NCBI GenBank assembly: GCA_047606835.1
Contig: JASGDZ010000310.1
Location: forward strand, 1-44,522
DNA: 44,522 nt
DNA from: Microbacterium sp.
Lineage (GTDB): Bacteria; Actinomycetota; Actinomycetes; Actinomycetales; Microbacteriaceae
Direction: 5' to 3'
Under the pieces are notes generated by a model that was not told the DNA's origin, ran no database searches, and was given only the letters and a program-made list of their open reading frames with translations. Each line of letters opens with the position of its first letter. The stretch's first letter is position 1. A program made the translations under genes and the position numbers. Below are positions 1-8,903 of the stretch, in pieces.

Positions 1-83
1 CGATGATGGAACGGCGGGCACGAGGCGTCCAGTTGATGCATGAGTTCTTCACACAACCGTGGTTAACAGCCCTCGTGCCCGCC
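1..83 (-). mobile_element. Possible 5' end of an insertion-sequence transposase gene (ISAs1-like?) running off the left edge
   Basis: Minus-strand GTG at 21..19 reads MPAVPSS to the window edge. A perfect 13-bp inverted repeat (13-25 / 71-83) overlaps that start codon. Only 7 codons are visible, and the family guess is from recollection of actinobacterial transposase N-termini. Confidence 0.25.
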
Positions 84-187
84 CCGACGTTAACGCGCCG
101 CGATCAGCACCTATCCGCGCGACCTCTAAGCAGATACCCCGTACTTGTCTACGACTAATGCCAGTCTTCGACGGACCATCGGCGAAC

Positions 188-1063
188 CTACTTGATTCCG
201 CTTGCGGACACCGACTGCACGAAGTAGCGCTGCAACAACAGGATCATGACCATGGGGATGGCGATGAACATCGTGGCGCCCGCGAACAAGGCGCCGTAGT
301 TGACCCCGTTCGCGGTGATCATGTTCGCCAACGAGATCGGGGCGAGCACATGCGAGTTGTCGGTGCCGACGAGAAGCGGCCAGACATACGCCTGCCATTG
401 GAACAGGAAGAGCGAGAGGCCGGCCCCGATCAGCACCGGCTTCGAATTCGGCAGATAGATCCGCCAGAATATTCCAGGCCAGCCAAGTCCGTCTATGCGC
501 GCCGCTTCGGACAGCTCCCCGGGAATCGTCAAGAAGAAGGCACGGATGAGCAGGATCGCCATCCCGTTGCCGAGCCCGGGCAGGATGAGTCCCGTGTAGG
601 TGTTGATCAGACTCCAGTCGCGAAAGATGCTCGCCAAGGGGATGGCGATGGCATCGAACGGAATGAGGAAGCTGATGAGGACCACCACGAAGATGAGGTT
701 CTGCCCCCGGAACGGAATCACAGAGAGCGCAAAGGCAGCTGTCGTGCACACAAACAGGCCGATGACTACCGTGACCCCGGCGACGACGATCGAGTTGCCC
801 AGCGCCTGACCGAAGCCGGCGCGGAGGGCGACCGCATAGTTTTCGAGGTCGAGGTCGGTGGGGATGAGCGCCTGGATGCTCAGCGGGCTGAGATACGAGA
901 AGATCTCGGTGGAGGACCGCGTCGAGTTCACGACGATCCACCACACAGGGATCACGAAGAGCAGGCCGACGACCGCTTGCGCGGCGCGCCGTGCGATGCC
1001 CCGCCGCTGGCGAGATCGCTCACCCGCGCTCGGAACGGCTTGCTCAGACCGAGCGACGGACAT
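188..1063 (-). CDS. Carbohydrate ABC transporter permease (MalG-like)
   Basis: 291 aa, multiple hydrophobic helices, EAA loop ELSEAARIDG; start overlaps the upstream permease stop (TGATG). Confidence 0.95.
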   Translation of the reverse strand: MSVARSEQAVPSAGERSRQRRGIARRAAQAVVGLLFVIPVWWIVVNSTRSSTEIFSYLSPLSIQALIPTDLDLENYAVALRAGFGQALGNSIVVAGVTVVIGLFVCTTAAFALSVIPFRGQNLIFVVVLISFLIPFDAIAIPLASIFRDWSLINTYTGLILPGLGNGMAILLIRAFFLTIPGELSEAARIDGLGWPGIFWRIYLPNSKPVLIGAGLSLFLFQWQAYVWPLLVGTDNSHVLAPISLANMITANGVNYGALFAGATMFIAIPMVMILLLQRYFVQSVSASGIK

Positions 1064-1974
1064 CAGTGGCGCCCCTTCATGAATCGGAACTGAAGAGTGA
1101 TGATGCCTAGCGCCAGCAGCACGAGGACGACCACCTCAGCAGCCGCGTGTGTAGGGTCTCGCAGGGTGTAGGCCCGCTGGTAGATCTCATACATGAGGAG
1201 GTTCGTCGAACCGCTGGGGCCACCGCTGGTCAGGATCTGCACCGGGGCGAAGAGGACGAGATGAACTCCCGTCGCAGCGACCAGCATGAACAGCAGCTGG
1301 CTACGCACGAGAGGTACCGTGATCGACAGATGTTTGCGCCACGCACCGGCGCCGTCCAGGGCCGCCGCCTCGTAGATCTCTTCCGGTATCTCGTTGATCG
1401 CCGCGATGAGGAACAGCATCCAGAACCCGGCGCCGATCCAGCCGATCATCACGATGATCGACATGAGCGCCTGGCTCTGCGACGCCAGGAATTGCTGCGT
1501 GGGCAGTCCGAGCGCTTTCAGCAGTGCGTTCGCTGGGCCCTTGGGCTGGTAGATCACTCCCCAGATGATCGCGGCGGTCGCCGCAGGAATCGTCACGGGA
1601 ATGATCACGAGAGCTCGGAAGAAGCCTGACCACCGCGTTGCCCGGATGTAGAGAAGCGCCACCATGAAGGCCACGAAGATGATCAGGGGATTCAAGATCA
1701 AGGAGAAGAGCACCGTCACCTTGACTGACCCCCAGAACGACGAGTCGCCGAAGAGATCGCCGTAGTTCTCGAAGCCGATGAATCGCGGAGTCGGATTGAG
1801 GATCGTCGTGCGTTGCAGGCTCTGGACCACGATGGACCCCGCCGGCACGAGCCTCGTCACGAACAGCGCCACCAAGGCGGGAAGCAGAAAGGCCGCCGCC
1901 GCCACGAGGTGTGACAGGTGGAAGCGGCGGCGGGACGACCACCGCCCGCGCCGTCCCGCCGTCGCTTCAGACAT
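1063..1974 (-). CDS. Carbohydrate ABC transporter permease (MalF-like)
   Basis: FIGFENY motif, EAA loop EIYEAAALDGA, TSGGP motif; AGGAG RBS upstream of ATG 1974. Confidence 0.95.
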   Translation of the reverse strand: MSEATAGRRGRWSSRRRFHLSHLVAAAAFLLPALVALFVTRLVPAGSIVVQSLQRTTILNPTPRFIGFENYGDLFGDSSFWGSVKVTVLFSLILNPLIIFVAFMVALLYIRATRWSGFFRALVIIPVTIPAATAAIIWGVIYQPKGPANALLKALGLPTQQFLASQSQALMSIIVMIGWIGAGFWMLFLIAAINEIPEEIYEAAALDGAGAWRKHLSITVPLVRSQLLFMLVAATGVHLVLFAPVQILTSGGPSGSTNLLMYEIYQRAYTLRDPTHAAAEVVVLVLLALGIITLQFRFMKGRH

Positions 1975-2023
1975 CACACGCTCCTGACTGAGTCCCCGGA
2001 CCGGTCGTCACGTGGCACGCCCA

Positions 2024-3313
2024 TCACTGCAGGTTCTTCCACTGGTCGAGGATCGTCGTGTTGGCCTGCTCGAGTCGAGCCTCGACGGGTGAGCCGTTGA
2101 CGATGTCACCGATGGCGAGGTTCATCTCCGTCTGGAACTGCGGGAACCCGACACTTGCCGGAGGCAGGGTCGCGGTGTTCTCGATCTCGTATTCGATCAG
2201 GTCCGCCGCGCCGACGCCGTTCGGTCCAGCCTTGGCCTCCAGGCCGGCCAGCATGTCGGAGCGCCCCTCGCTGTTGGAGGTGATGTTGCCCGAGCCGATG
2301 CCCATCTGCGCACTGCCCTCCTTGGTCAGGGCCGCGTATTCCATGAACTGCTGAGCGGCTTCCCGCACGGAAGAGTTCGGATTGACCCCGATGTTCCAGC
2401 TGATGTTGGGGGTCTTCGGGGTCCCGCCCTCCCAGTACGGCATCGGCGCGATACCCCACTCGGCGGTGCCCGCCGCATAGGTCGGCAGGACCCAAGTGCC
2501 TCCGATCATGTAGGCCAGCGAACCTGAAGCGAAGAGCTGGTCGTTCTGGCCGTATCCGATGCTCCTGGGGCTGATGCCGGCGGCGAACAAGTCCGCATAC
2601 CACTGCATGACCGAGGTCCACTCAGGTGTGGTGATGTCGAGCTCCAGGCCATCCTGGCCACCGATGCCTGCGGTGCCGCCCGCGGACTCCACGATGGGCT
2701 CGAACTGGTAGTACGCCGTGGGCTGCTGGATGATCAGCCCGTACTGCGCACCGGCCTCCTGAGCAGCCGTCGCGTCGGCGGTGACCTGCTGCCACGTCAG
2801 CCGCTCTTCCGGGTCGATCGACGGCAACGGGATGCCTGCATCCTCCAGCAGCGTCTTGTTGTAGTACATCAGCTGCATCGACATGTACATCGGCAGCGCG
2901 TACAGCGTGTCGTCGTAGACACCGCTCTCGTACACCTGCTCCGAGACGACCTGCTTCACCTGATCGGCGAGGTCACTCTGATCGGCGAGGAATCCCTGCG
3001 CGGCGTATTGGATGGCGTTCACCTGCTCGACGAGGTAGACGTCGACCTGGTTGTTCGCAGCCAGCCGCTGCTGAAGGGTGGGGTTGTAGTTCGCGAACGG
3101 GATCTGGGTGTACTCGATGGTGATGTCCGGGTGGAGCTCCTCGAAGTCCGCGATCACCGTCTCGTAAGCCTCGGCGGGGTCGGTCGCCGAGAAGTGCACG
3201 ACCTGTTCGGTTCCCTCGGATTCGCCGCCGGTACCTGCCGAAGAGCAGCTGGTCACGAGCACAAGCGCGGCGGCCACGGTTGATAGCACCGCAGTTCGAC
3301 GTCTGGCATTCAT
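2024..3313 (-). CDS. Sugar ABC transporter substrate-binding lipoprotein
   Basis: Start moved to ATG 3313 (GAGGA RBS); signal MNARRR...LVLVTSC lipobox; family 1 SBP motifs LYALP, MYYNKTLL, WGIAPMP. Confidence 0.93.
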   Translation of the reverse strand: MNARRRTAVLSTVAAALVLVTSCSSAGTGGESEGTEQVVHFSATDPAEAYETVIADFEELHPDITIEYTQIPFANYNPTLQQRLAANNQVDVYLVEQVNAIQYAAQGFLADQSDLADQVKQVVSEQVYESGVYDDTLYALPMYMSMQLMYYNKTLLEDAGIPLPSIDPEERLTWQQVTADATAAQEAGAQYGLIIQQPTAYYQFEPIVESAGGTAGIGGQDGLELDITTPEWTSVMQWYADLFAAGISPRSIGYGQNDQLFASGSLAYMIGGTWVLPTYAAGTAEWGIAPMPYWEGGTPKTPNISWNIGVNPNSSVREAAQQFMEYAALTKEGSAQMGIGSGNITSNSEGRSDMLAGLEAKAGPNGVGAADLIEYEIENTATLPPASVGFPQFQTEMNLAIGDIVNGSPVEARLEQANTTILDQWKNLQ

Positions 3314-3354
3314 AGAAACATCCTCATTTCTGTGAGAGGTGACAAGACTCAAAG

Positions 3355-3371
3355 TCGAATCGTTTTCAGTT
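3355..3371 (-). promoter_or_regulatory. Putative LacI-family operator 1 (AACTGAAAACGATTCGA on minus strand)
   Basis: 16/17 identical to the site at 3487-3503 in opposite orientation; central AAACG-ATT core typical of LacI/GalR operators; lies upstream of the SBP gene. Confidence 0.75.
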
Positions 3372-3486
3372 GACTCCGCCACACGCTAGCAGCGCCTCTA
3401 CAGAGCGTCAATCCCCTATTCCAAGCGAAAGATTCCCGACCAGCGACACCCGAGCGGGCCTTGTGCACCTCGTCCACCTTGTGGCA

Positions 3487-3503
3487 AACTGCAAACGATT
3501 CGA
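3487..3503 (+). promoter_or_regulatory. Putative LacI-family operator 2 (AACTGCAAACGATTCGA)
   Basis: Ends 12 nt before the lacI ATG; inverted near-copy of 3355-3371. Confidence 0.75.
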
Positions 3504-3515
3504 TCTGGGAGTCCG

Positions 3516-4529
3516 ATGCCAACCATCCAGGATGTCGCCGAGCGTGCCGGCGTTGCGGCGTCGACCGTGTCGCGCTATCTGAGCGGACACCCGGTCCGAT
3601 CAGCGCCGCTCATCGAGAAAGCCATCACCGACCTCGACTTCCGGCCGAACAGCGCCGCACGATCCCTTCGTTCCGGGCTGCATCACTGCGTGGCCATGAT
3701 CGTTCCGGACGTGACGAACCCCTTCTTCGCATCCGTCCTGAAGGGCATAGAGAGCAGGGCGAGCCGTGAGCGTCTGCTCGTGCTCGTCGGAAACAGCGAC
3801 GAGGACTCCGTCAAGGAGGCCGCTCTCGTGCGGGAGTTGTCCGCCCGGGCGGACGGACTGATCATCGGGCCGGTCAAAGAGGGGCCGGAGTCTCGCGAGC
3901 ACCTTGCGGGGCTCGACATTCCCGTGGTGTTCATCGATCGCGGAGTCGACCTCGAGCAGCCGTTCGATTCCGTCATGGTCGACAACCAGTCCGGCATGCG
4001 CCAGGCGGTAGGACACCTCGTCCACCTCGGACACACTCGTATCGCCGCGATCCACGGTCCCGGGGACTCCACGCCGGGTCGGACCCGCATCGAGGCGTTC
4101 CACCAGGCGCTCCGAGAACGCGGCATCCCGATCCACGACGACTACAACGTGATCAAGGACTTCCGGACCCTCGGCGGCTACGAAGGGATGATGGCGCTGT
4201 GGGCGTTGCCTGAGCGCCCGACTGCTGTCATCACGTCGAACAACCTCATGACGGCCGGCGCGCTCACCGCCCTGCGAGAGATGGCGGTCCGGGTGCCCCA
4301 TGACATCTCGATCATCGGTTTCGACGATCAGCCCCTCGCCCCGCTGCTCGACCCGCCCCTCACCGTGCTTCGCCGGGACGAGGTCGAGCAGGGCAGACTG
4401 GCCGCCGACCTTCTGATCGCACGACTTCGCCACGACAGGCAGCGGGAGCACAGCTCGCTCGTGCTGCCCATCGACCTCGTCATTCGCGCCTCCACCGGCG
4501 CTCCTCCCCATACCAGACCCCGGCCGTAA
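3516..4529 (+). CDS. LacI-family transcriptional regulator (RbsR-like)
   Basis: N-terminal HTH TIQDVAERAGVAASTVSR, hinge FRPNSAARSL, NPFF, DISIIGFDD, PPLTV. Confidence 0.96.
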   Translation: MPTIQDVAERAGVAASTVSRYLSGHPVRSAPLIEKAITDLDFRPNSAARSLRSGLHHCVAMIVPDVTNPFFASVLKGIESRASRERLLVLVGNSDEDSVKEAALVRELSARADGLIIGPVKEGPESREHLAGLDIPVVFIDRGVDLEQPFDSVMVDNQSGMRQAVGHLVHLGHTRIAAIHGPGDSTPGRTRIEAFHQALRERGIPIHDDYNVIKDFRTLGGYEGMMALWALPERPTAVITSNNLMTAGALTALREMAVRVPHDISIIGFDDQPLAPLLDPPLTVLRRDEVEQGRLAADLLIARLRHDRQREHSSLVLPIDLVIRASTGAPPHTRPRP

Positions 4530-4545
4530 TCGTGAGGATCAACGA

Positions 4546-5502
4546 ATGCCAGGATTAGATCCGAGCGCGCACACTTCCGGAACTGTGATCGTCGTCGGCA
4601 GCATCACCTTCGACGTGTCCACGATCTCTGCTCGGCTCCCGGCCGCGGGAGAAACCGTGCTGGGGTCGGATGCCTTCACCGCACTCGGTGGGAAAGGCGC
4701 CAATCAGGCGGTCGCCGCAGCACGATCGGGGGCGCGGGTGTCCATGGTCGGCGCGGTCGGCGACGACATGTTCGGCTCATTCGTGCTCGGCCAGCTGCGC
4801 CAGGCCGAGGTCGACGTCGATGCGATCTCGACGCACCCCGGAGCCACGGGACTCGCGCACATCCGGATCGATGCGGCGGGGCAGAACAACATCGTGATGG
4901 TCCCCGAGGCCAACTCCCTGCTCACACAGAGCGACGTCGAGACGGCGCTCGGGCGGCTGGCGGAGCAGGACGCGGTCTTACTGACGCAGTTCGAGATCGA
5001 GCCGCCCGTCGCGATCGCCGCGATGATCGCCGCACGTCGGCGCGGCATGTCGGTCATACTCGACCCCGCTCCATGGGTCGAGACTCCCGACGACGTCTGG
5101 CAACTCGTCGATGTGGTGACGCCCAATGAAACCGAGGCCTCGAAGTACACCGGGTTCGAGGTCGTCGACCATGCAAGCGCTGAGGTGGCAGGACGCTGGT
5201 TCTGCGACCGTGGGGTCACCACGGCCATTGTCACGCTGGGCGCGAACGGCGCGGTGGTGACCACCGCCGACGGCACCGCCCACCATGCGGCGATCGAGGT
5301 TTCCGCCGTCGACAGCACGGCCGCGGGCGACACCTTCACCGGGTTTCTCGGTGCTGCGCTTGCCGCGGGCGAGCCGGTCGAAGCCGCTGTCACCCGGGCC
5401 ATGCATGCCGCAGCGATCAGCGTGACTCGGCACGGCGCTTCCTCGAGCATCCCCACCGCCGACGATGTGTCGGCATTCATGCAGTCAGGACTCTCCTCAT
5501 GA
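4546..5502 (+). CDS. rbsK: Ribokinase (PfkB family)
   Basis: GGKGANQAVAAAR, PNETE, DSTAAGDTF signatures; exact sugar specificity not provable from sequence. Confidence 0.88.
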   Translation: MPGLDPSAHTSGTVIVVGSITFDVSTISARLPAAGETVLGSDAFTALGGKGANQAVAAARSGARVSMVGAVGDDMFGSFVLGQLRQAEVDVDAISTHPGATGLAHIRIDAAGQNNIVMVPEANSLLTQSDVETALGRLAEQDAVLLTQFEIEPPVAIAAMIAARRRGMSVILDPAPWVETPDDVWQLVDVVTPNETEASKYTGFEVVDHASAEVAGRWFCDRGVTTAIVTLGANGAVVTTADGTAHHAAIEVSAVDSTAAGDTFTGFLGAALAAGEPVEAAVTRAMHAAAISVTRHGASSSIPTADDVSAFMQSGLSS

Positions 5503-8003
5503 CACCGGCCCCTTGCTCTCCACTCGGCCCGTCCTCGTGTGCCGCCTTTCCCCTCGGCGGAATCGGCACGGGCACCGTATCCGTCGGCGCGCGCGGAGAC
5601 ATGCGCGACTGGGAGATCAGCAACCGCCCGGACAAGGGCTCCTGGCTGCCGCTGTCGTTCTTCGTCCTGCGCGCGGCAACGGTCGACGGCGAGGGTGTCG
5701 CCGCACGAGTGTTGGAGGGCCCGATCCAACCGCCGTACGAAGGCGACTCGGGCTACCGAAAGGGCATCCTTGCCGGGCTGCCACGGATGGCGACGAGCGA
5801 GATGGTCGGCGAGTACCCGATCGCACGGATCACGTTCGCCGACCCCGATCTCCCGGTGACGGTCGAGTGGGAGGGCTTCACTCCGTTCATCCCGCTCGAC
5901 GCTGACGATTCCGGTATCCCGGGCGCCTACTGGCGCTACACGGCGACCAACACGAGCGACGCGGACGTCGCGGTGAGCATCGCGGGGCTCCTCGCGAACC
6001 CCATCGCTACCGACGGCAGGGACCTGTTCCACGGCGTCCAGTACCACGGCACGCCGACCGTCGCCGAGATAGACCACCCGGGTCTGGCGGGCGTCCAGTT
6101 CGGGACGACGCTGGCCGACGACGACGTGAACTTCGGAACCTGTGTACTCGCCGCATCGGACGCGACCGTGACGACGATCCCGCGCTGGCCCGCGAACACC
6201 TGGGGCGACGGTGCCCAACACTTCTGGGACACGTTCCTGCGCCAGGGGCACGTTGCCGACATGTTCCCGCCCGAGCTCATCGCCCAGATCGAAGGCCGAA
6301 ACCCGTTTCCCTTCACCCAGGCCGTCGGCGGCGTGTGCAGCGAGCAGACCATTCCCCCCGGCGCCAGTGCGACGTTCGAGTTCGTCCTCGCGTGGCACAC
6401 GCCGAACCGGTCGCGAGCGTGGGAGGGGAACATCGGGCTGCCCAACACCCACCGAGATCAGGTGGTCCGCAACTTCTACTCACGTCGTTATCCCCATGCA
6501 CTGAGCGTGGCCATCGACCTCGTAGAGCGTCGAGCGAGCCTAGAAGAGCAGACGCGTGCGTTTCACGCCGCCGTCCACGGCAGCACACTGCCCGCCGTCG
6601 TGCGGGACGCCGTGGCGTCGAACCTGGCGGCGCTGCGCAGCACCACCTGCTTCCGTCTCGACGACGGATCGCCAGACGGTGTCTTCGCCGGCTGGGAGGG
6701 CAGCCTCGACCACGCGGGAAGCTGCGAAGGCACGTGCACGCACGTCTGGAACTACGCGCAGAGTGCGGCTCACCTGTTCCCCGTCTTGGAGCGCAGCGCG
6801 CGCCGCATCGAATTCCTCCACGAGGTGGAGCCCGACGGCAAGATGCGCTACCGCGGCAACACCGTCTTCGGAGGCGAACCGTGGGACTATCACGCAGCCG
6901 TGGACGGGCAGCTGGGCACGATCGTACGGCTCTACCGCGAGTACCTGTCGAGCGGAGACGAAGACTTCCTCCGGGAGTTGTGGCCTTCGGCGGTCCGTGT
7001 TATCGACTACGTCTTCACCCACTGGGACACCGACGGCGACGGCATCCTTGATGGTGAGCAGCACAACACCTACGACATCGAGTTCTACGGCCCGAACCCG
7101 CTGTCCAACGTGATGCTCCTGGCCGCTCTGCGTGCCGCATCCCAGATGGCCGCCCATGTGGGAGACGAAGCTCTCGCGGATCGGTATGCGGCACAGGCCT
7201 CCGCCAGCAGCGCACGCATCGACGCGATGCTGTACAACGGCGAGTACTACGAGCAGCGCTTGGAAGATGTTGACAGCGCGCCGTATCAGTTCGGAGTCGG
7301 CTGCCTGTCGGATCAGCTCTTCGGCCAGACGCTGGCCCACCTCACCGGACTTGGCCATCTGCTCCCGGCCGATCATGTCAGAAGCGCCCTGCAGGCTGTC
7401 GTTCGATACAACTCCGTCGATTCGGTGCGGGCGCAGGTCAATGTCCAACGCACCTACGCGATCAACGACGAGGCGGGACTGCTGCTGTGCTCATGGCCCC
7501 GCGGCGGACGCCCCAGACTCCCCTTCGTCTATAGCGACGAGGTGTGGACGGGTGTGGAGTACCAAGTGGCCACGTGCTTGATCTACGAGGGCTGCGTCGA
7601 GGAGGCGCTGCGCATCGTCGCTGCGGTCCGGGCGCGCTACGACGGGACTCACCGCAACCCGTGGAATGAGATCGAGTGCGGAAACCACTACGTCCGTTCG
7701 ATGGCCAGCTGGGGACTCGTGCCGGCCATGAGCGGCAGCCACTGGGACGCGCCGCAACGGACAATCGCACTTGCACCGCGTGCCGAACTGTTCGACGCCG
7801 ACGGGGTCGCTGACTTCCCGGTGACGATGGGACATGCGTGGGGTCGCGTCCGCATCTGCGCGGAAGGAGCCGCGCTGACAATCCTGGGCGGCAACACGGC
7901 AGCAGCCCGCATCGTCTTGACCATGCCTTTTGGGCGACAAGAGGTCACCGTTGTCCCAGCGCACACCGCGTTGACGGCCGGAACGACGATAACCATCCGC
8001 TGA
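5499..8003 (+). CDS. GH116 family glycoside hydrolase (GBA2-like), cytoplasmic
   Basis: 834 aa; FPLGGIGTG N-terminal motif, GWEG, GSCEGTCTHVWNY, HNTYDIEF, GCLSDQLFGQ, DEVWTGVEY, RNPWNEIECGNHY; no signal peptide; ATGA overlap with rbsK. Confidence 0.9.
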   Translation: MTPAPCSPLGPSSCAAFPLGGIGTGTVSVGARGDMRDWEISNRPDKGSWLPLSFFVLRAATVDGEGVAARVLEGPIQPPYEGDSGYRKGILAGLPRMATSEMVGEYPIARITFADPDLPVTVEWEGFTPFIPLDADDSGIPGAYWRYTATNTSDADVAVSIAGLLANPIATDGRDLFHGVQYHGTPTVAEIDHPGLAGVQFGTTLADDDVNFGTCVLAASDATVTTIPRWPANTWGDGAQHFWDTFLRQGHVADMFPPELIAQIEGRNPFPFTQAVGGVCSEQTIPPGASATFEFVLAWHTPNRSRAWEGNIGLPNTHRDQVVRNFYSRRYPHALSVAIDLVERRASLEEQTRAFHAAVHGSTLPAVVRDAVASNLAALRSTTCFRLDDGSPDGVFAGWEGSLDHAGSCEGTCTHVWNYAQSAAHLFPVLERSARRIEFLHEVEPDGKMRYRGNTVFGGEPWDYHAAVDGQLGTIVRLYREYLSSGDEDFLRELWPSAVRVIDYVFTHWDTDGDGILDGEQHNTYDIEFYGPNPLSNVMLLAALRAASQMAAHVGDEALADRYAAQASASSARIDAMLYNGEYYEQRLEDVDSAPYQFGVGCLSDQLFGQTLAHLTGLGHLLPADHVRSALQAVVRYNSVDSVRAQVNVQRTYAINDEAGLLLCSWPRGGRPRLPFVYSDEVWTGVEYQVATCLIYEGCVEEALRIVAAVRARYDGTHRNPWNEIECGNHYVRSMASWGLVPAMSGSHWDAPQRTIALAPRAELFDADGVADFPVTMGHAWGRVRICAEGAALTILGGNTAAARIVLTMPFGRQEVTVVPAHTALTAGTTITIR

Positions 8004-8042
8004 GCGCTCCGGCACTGACCCGAGCAGAGGGAACGATCACAC

Positions 8043-8177
8043 ATGGCGAACAAGGGATGTCCCGCTCTCGATGGCGACGACGGCGTCGTCGTCGGCATTC
8101 AGCGGAACGTGGACGCAACGGAGGCTGTGACCGCCCCCGGCGGGCGCCCCGGTGATGGACGAAAGGCAGCACAGTGA
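8043..8177 (+). pseudogene. 44-codon ORF, possible internally deleted relic of a gene (FGGY kinase?)
   Basis: ATG 8043 preceded by GAGGGA; reads [44 protein letters not shown]; its TGA overlaps the rbtD GTG (GTGA). Confidence 0.3.
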
Positions 8178-8902
8178 GCACGTCGATGTCCGACCGAGTC
8201 GTCGCGATCACCGGAGCCGCGTCGGGGATCGGCCACGCCTGTGCCGCGACGATGATCGGCGAAGGCGCCACCGTCGTCCTCATCGACCGCGACGCCGAGC
8301 GCCTCGATGCAGCCTGTGCGGAGCTCGGCCCTCAGGCCATGCCGCTGGTCGTCGATCTTCTCGACACCGGGCAGGTGTCTGGGCTGTTGGCGAGGATCCT
8401 CGACGTGGCGGGATCCCTCGATGTGCTTCACGTCAATGCGGGTGCATACGTCGGCGGCGCGGTCGCCGACGGCGATCCCGACGAGTGGGATCGAGTGCTC
8501 GCACTCAACAACGCGGCGGCCTTCCGCTGTGCCCGCGCCGTGCTACCCTACCTGATCGAGCGGGGGACGGGCGACCTCTTGTTCACCAGTTCGGTAGCCG
8601 GAGTGGTGCCTGTGGTGTGGGAGCCCATCTACACCGCGTCGAAGTTCGCCGTGCAGGCATTCGTGCACAGCACTCGACGCCAGGTTTCCCCTTACGGGGT
8701 GCGCGTCGGTGCAGTCCTTCCGGGGCCCGTGGTCACCGCTCTCCTGGACGACTGGCCGTCGGAGAAGAAGCAGGAGGCCTTGGCCGCCGGCAGCCTGCTG
8801 CAACCCGACGATGTCGCTCAGGCAGTGCTGTTCATGGTGACACGCCCGCGCAACGTGGTCGTTCGCGACCTGGTGATCCTACCTCACAACGTGGACCTGT
8901 GA
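8174..8902 (+). CDS. rbtD: Ribitol 2-dehydrogenase-like SDR oxidoreductase
   Basis: [60 protein letters not shown] and the C-terminal ILP..VDL closely follow Klebsiella-type RbtD as I recall it. Confidence 0.85.
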   Translation: MSTSMSDRVVAITGAASGIGHACAATMIGEGATVVLIDRDAERLDAACAELGPQAMPLVVDLLDTGQVSGLLARILDVAGSLDVLHVNAGAYVGGAVADGDPDEWDRVLALNNAAAFRCARAVLPYLIERGTGDLLFTSSVAGVVPVVWEPIYTASKFAVQAFVHSTRRQVSPYGVRVGAVLPGPVVTALLDDWPSEKKQEALAAGSLLQPDDVAQAVLFMVTRPRNVVVRDLVILPHNVDL

Positions 8903-8903
8903 T

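Noticed and set aside
188-3313. Missing ABC ATPase as a sign of decay
   Set aside because: Actinobacterial sugar ABC systems commonly share an MsiK-type ATPase encoded elsewhere.
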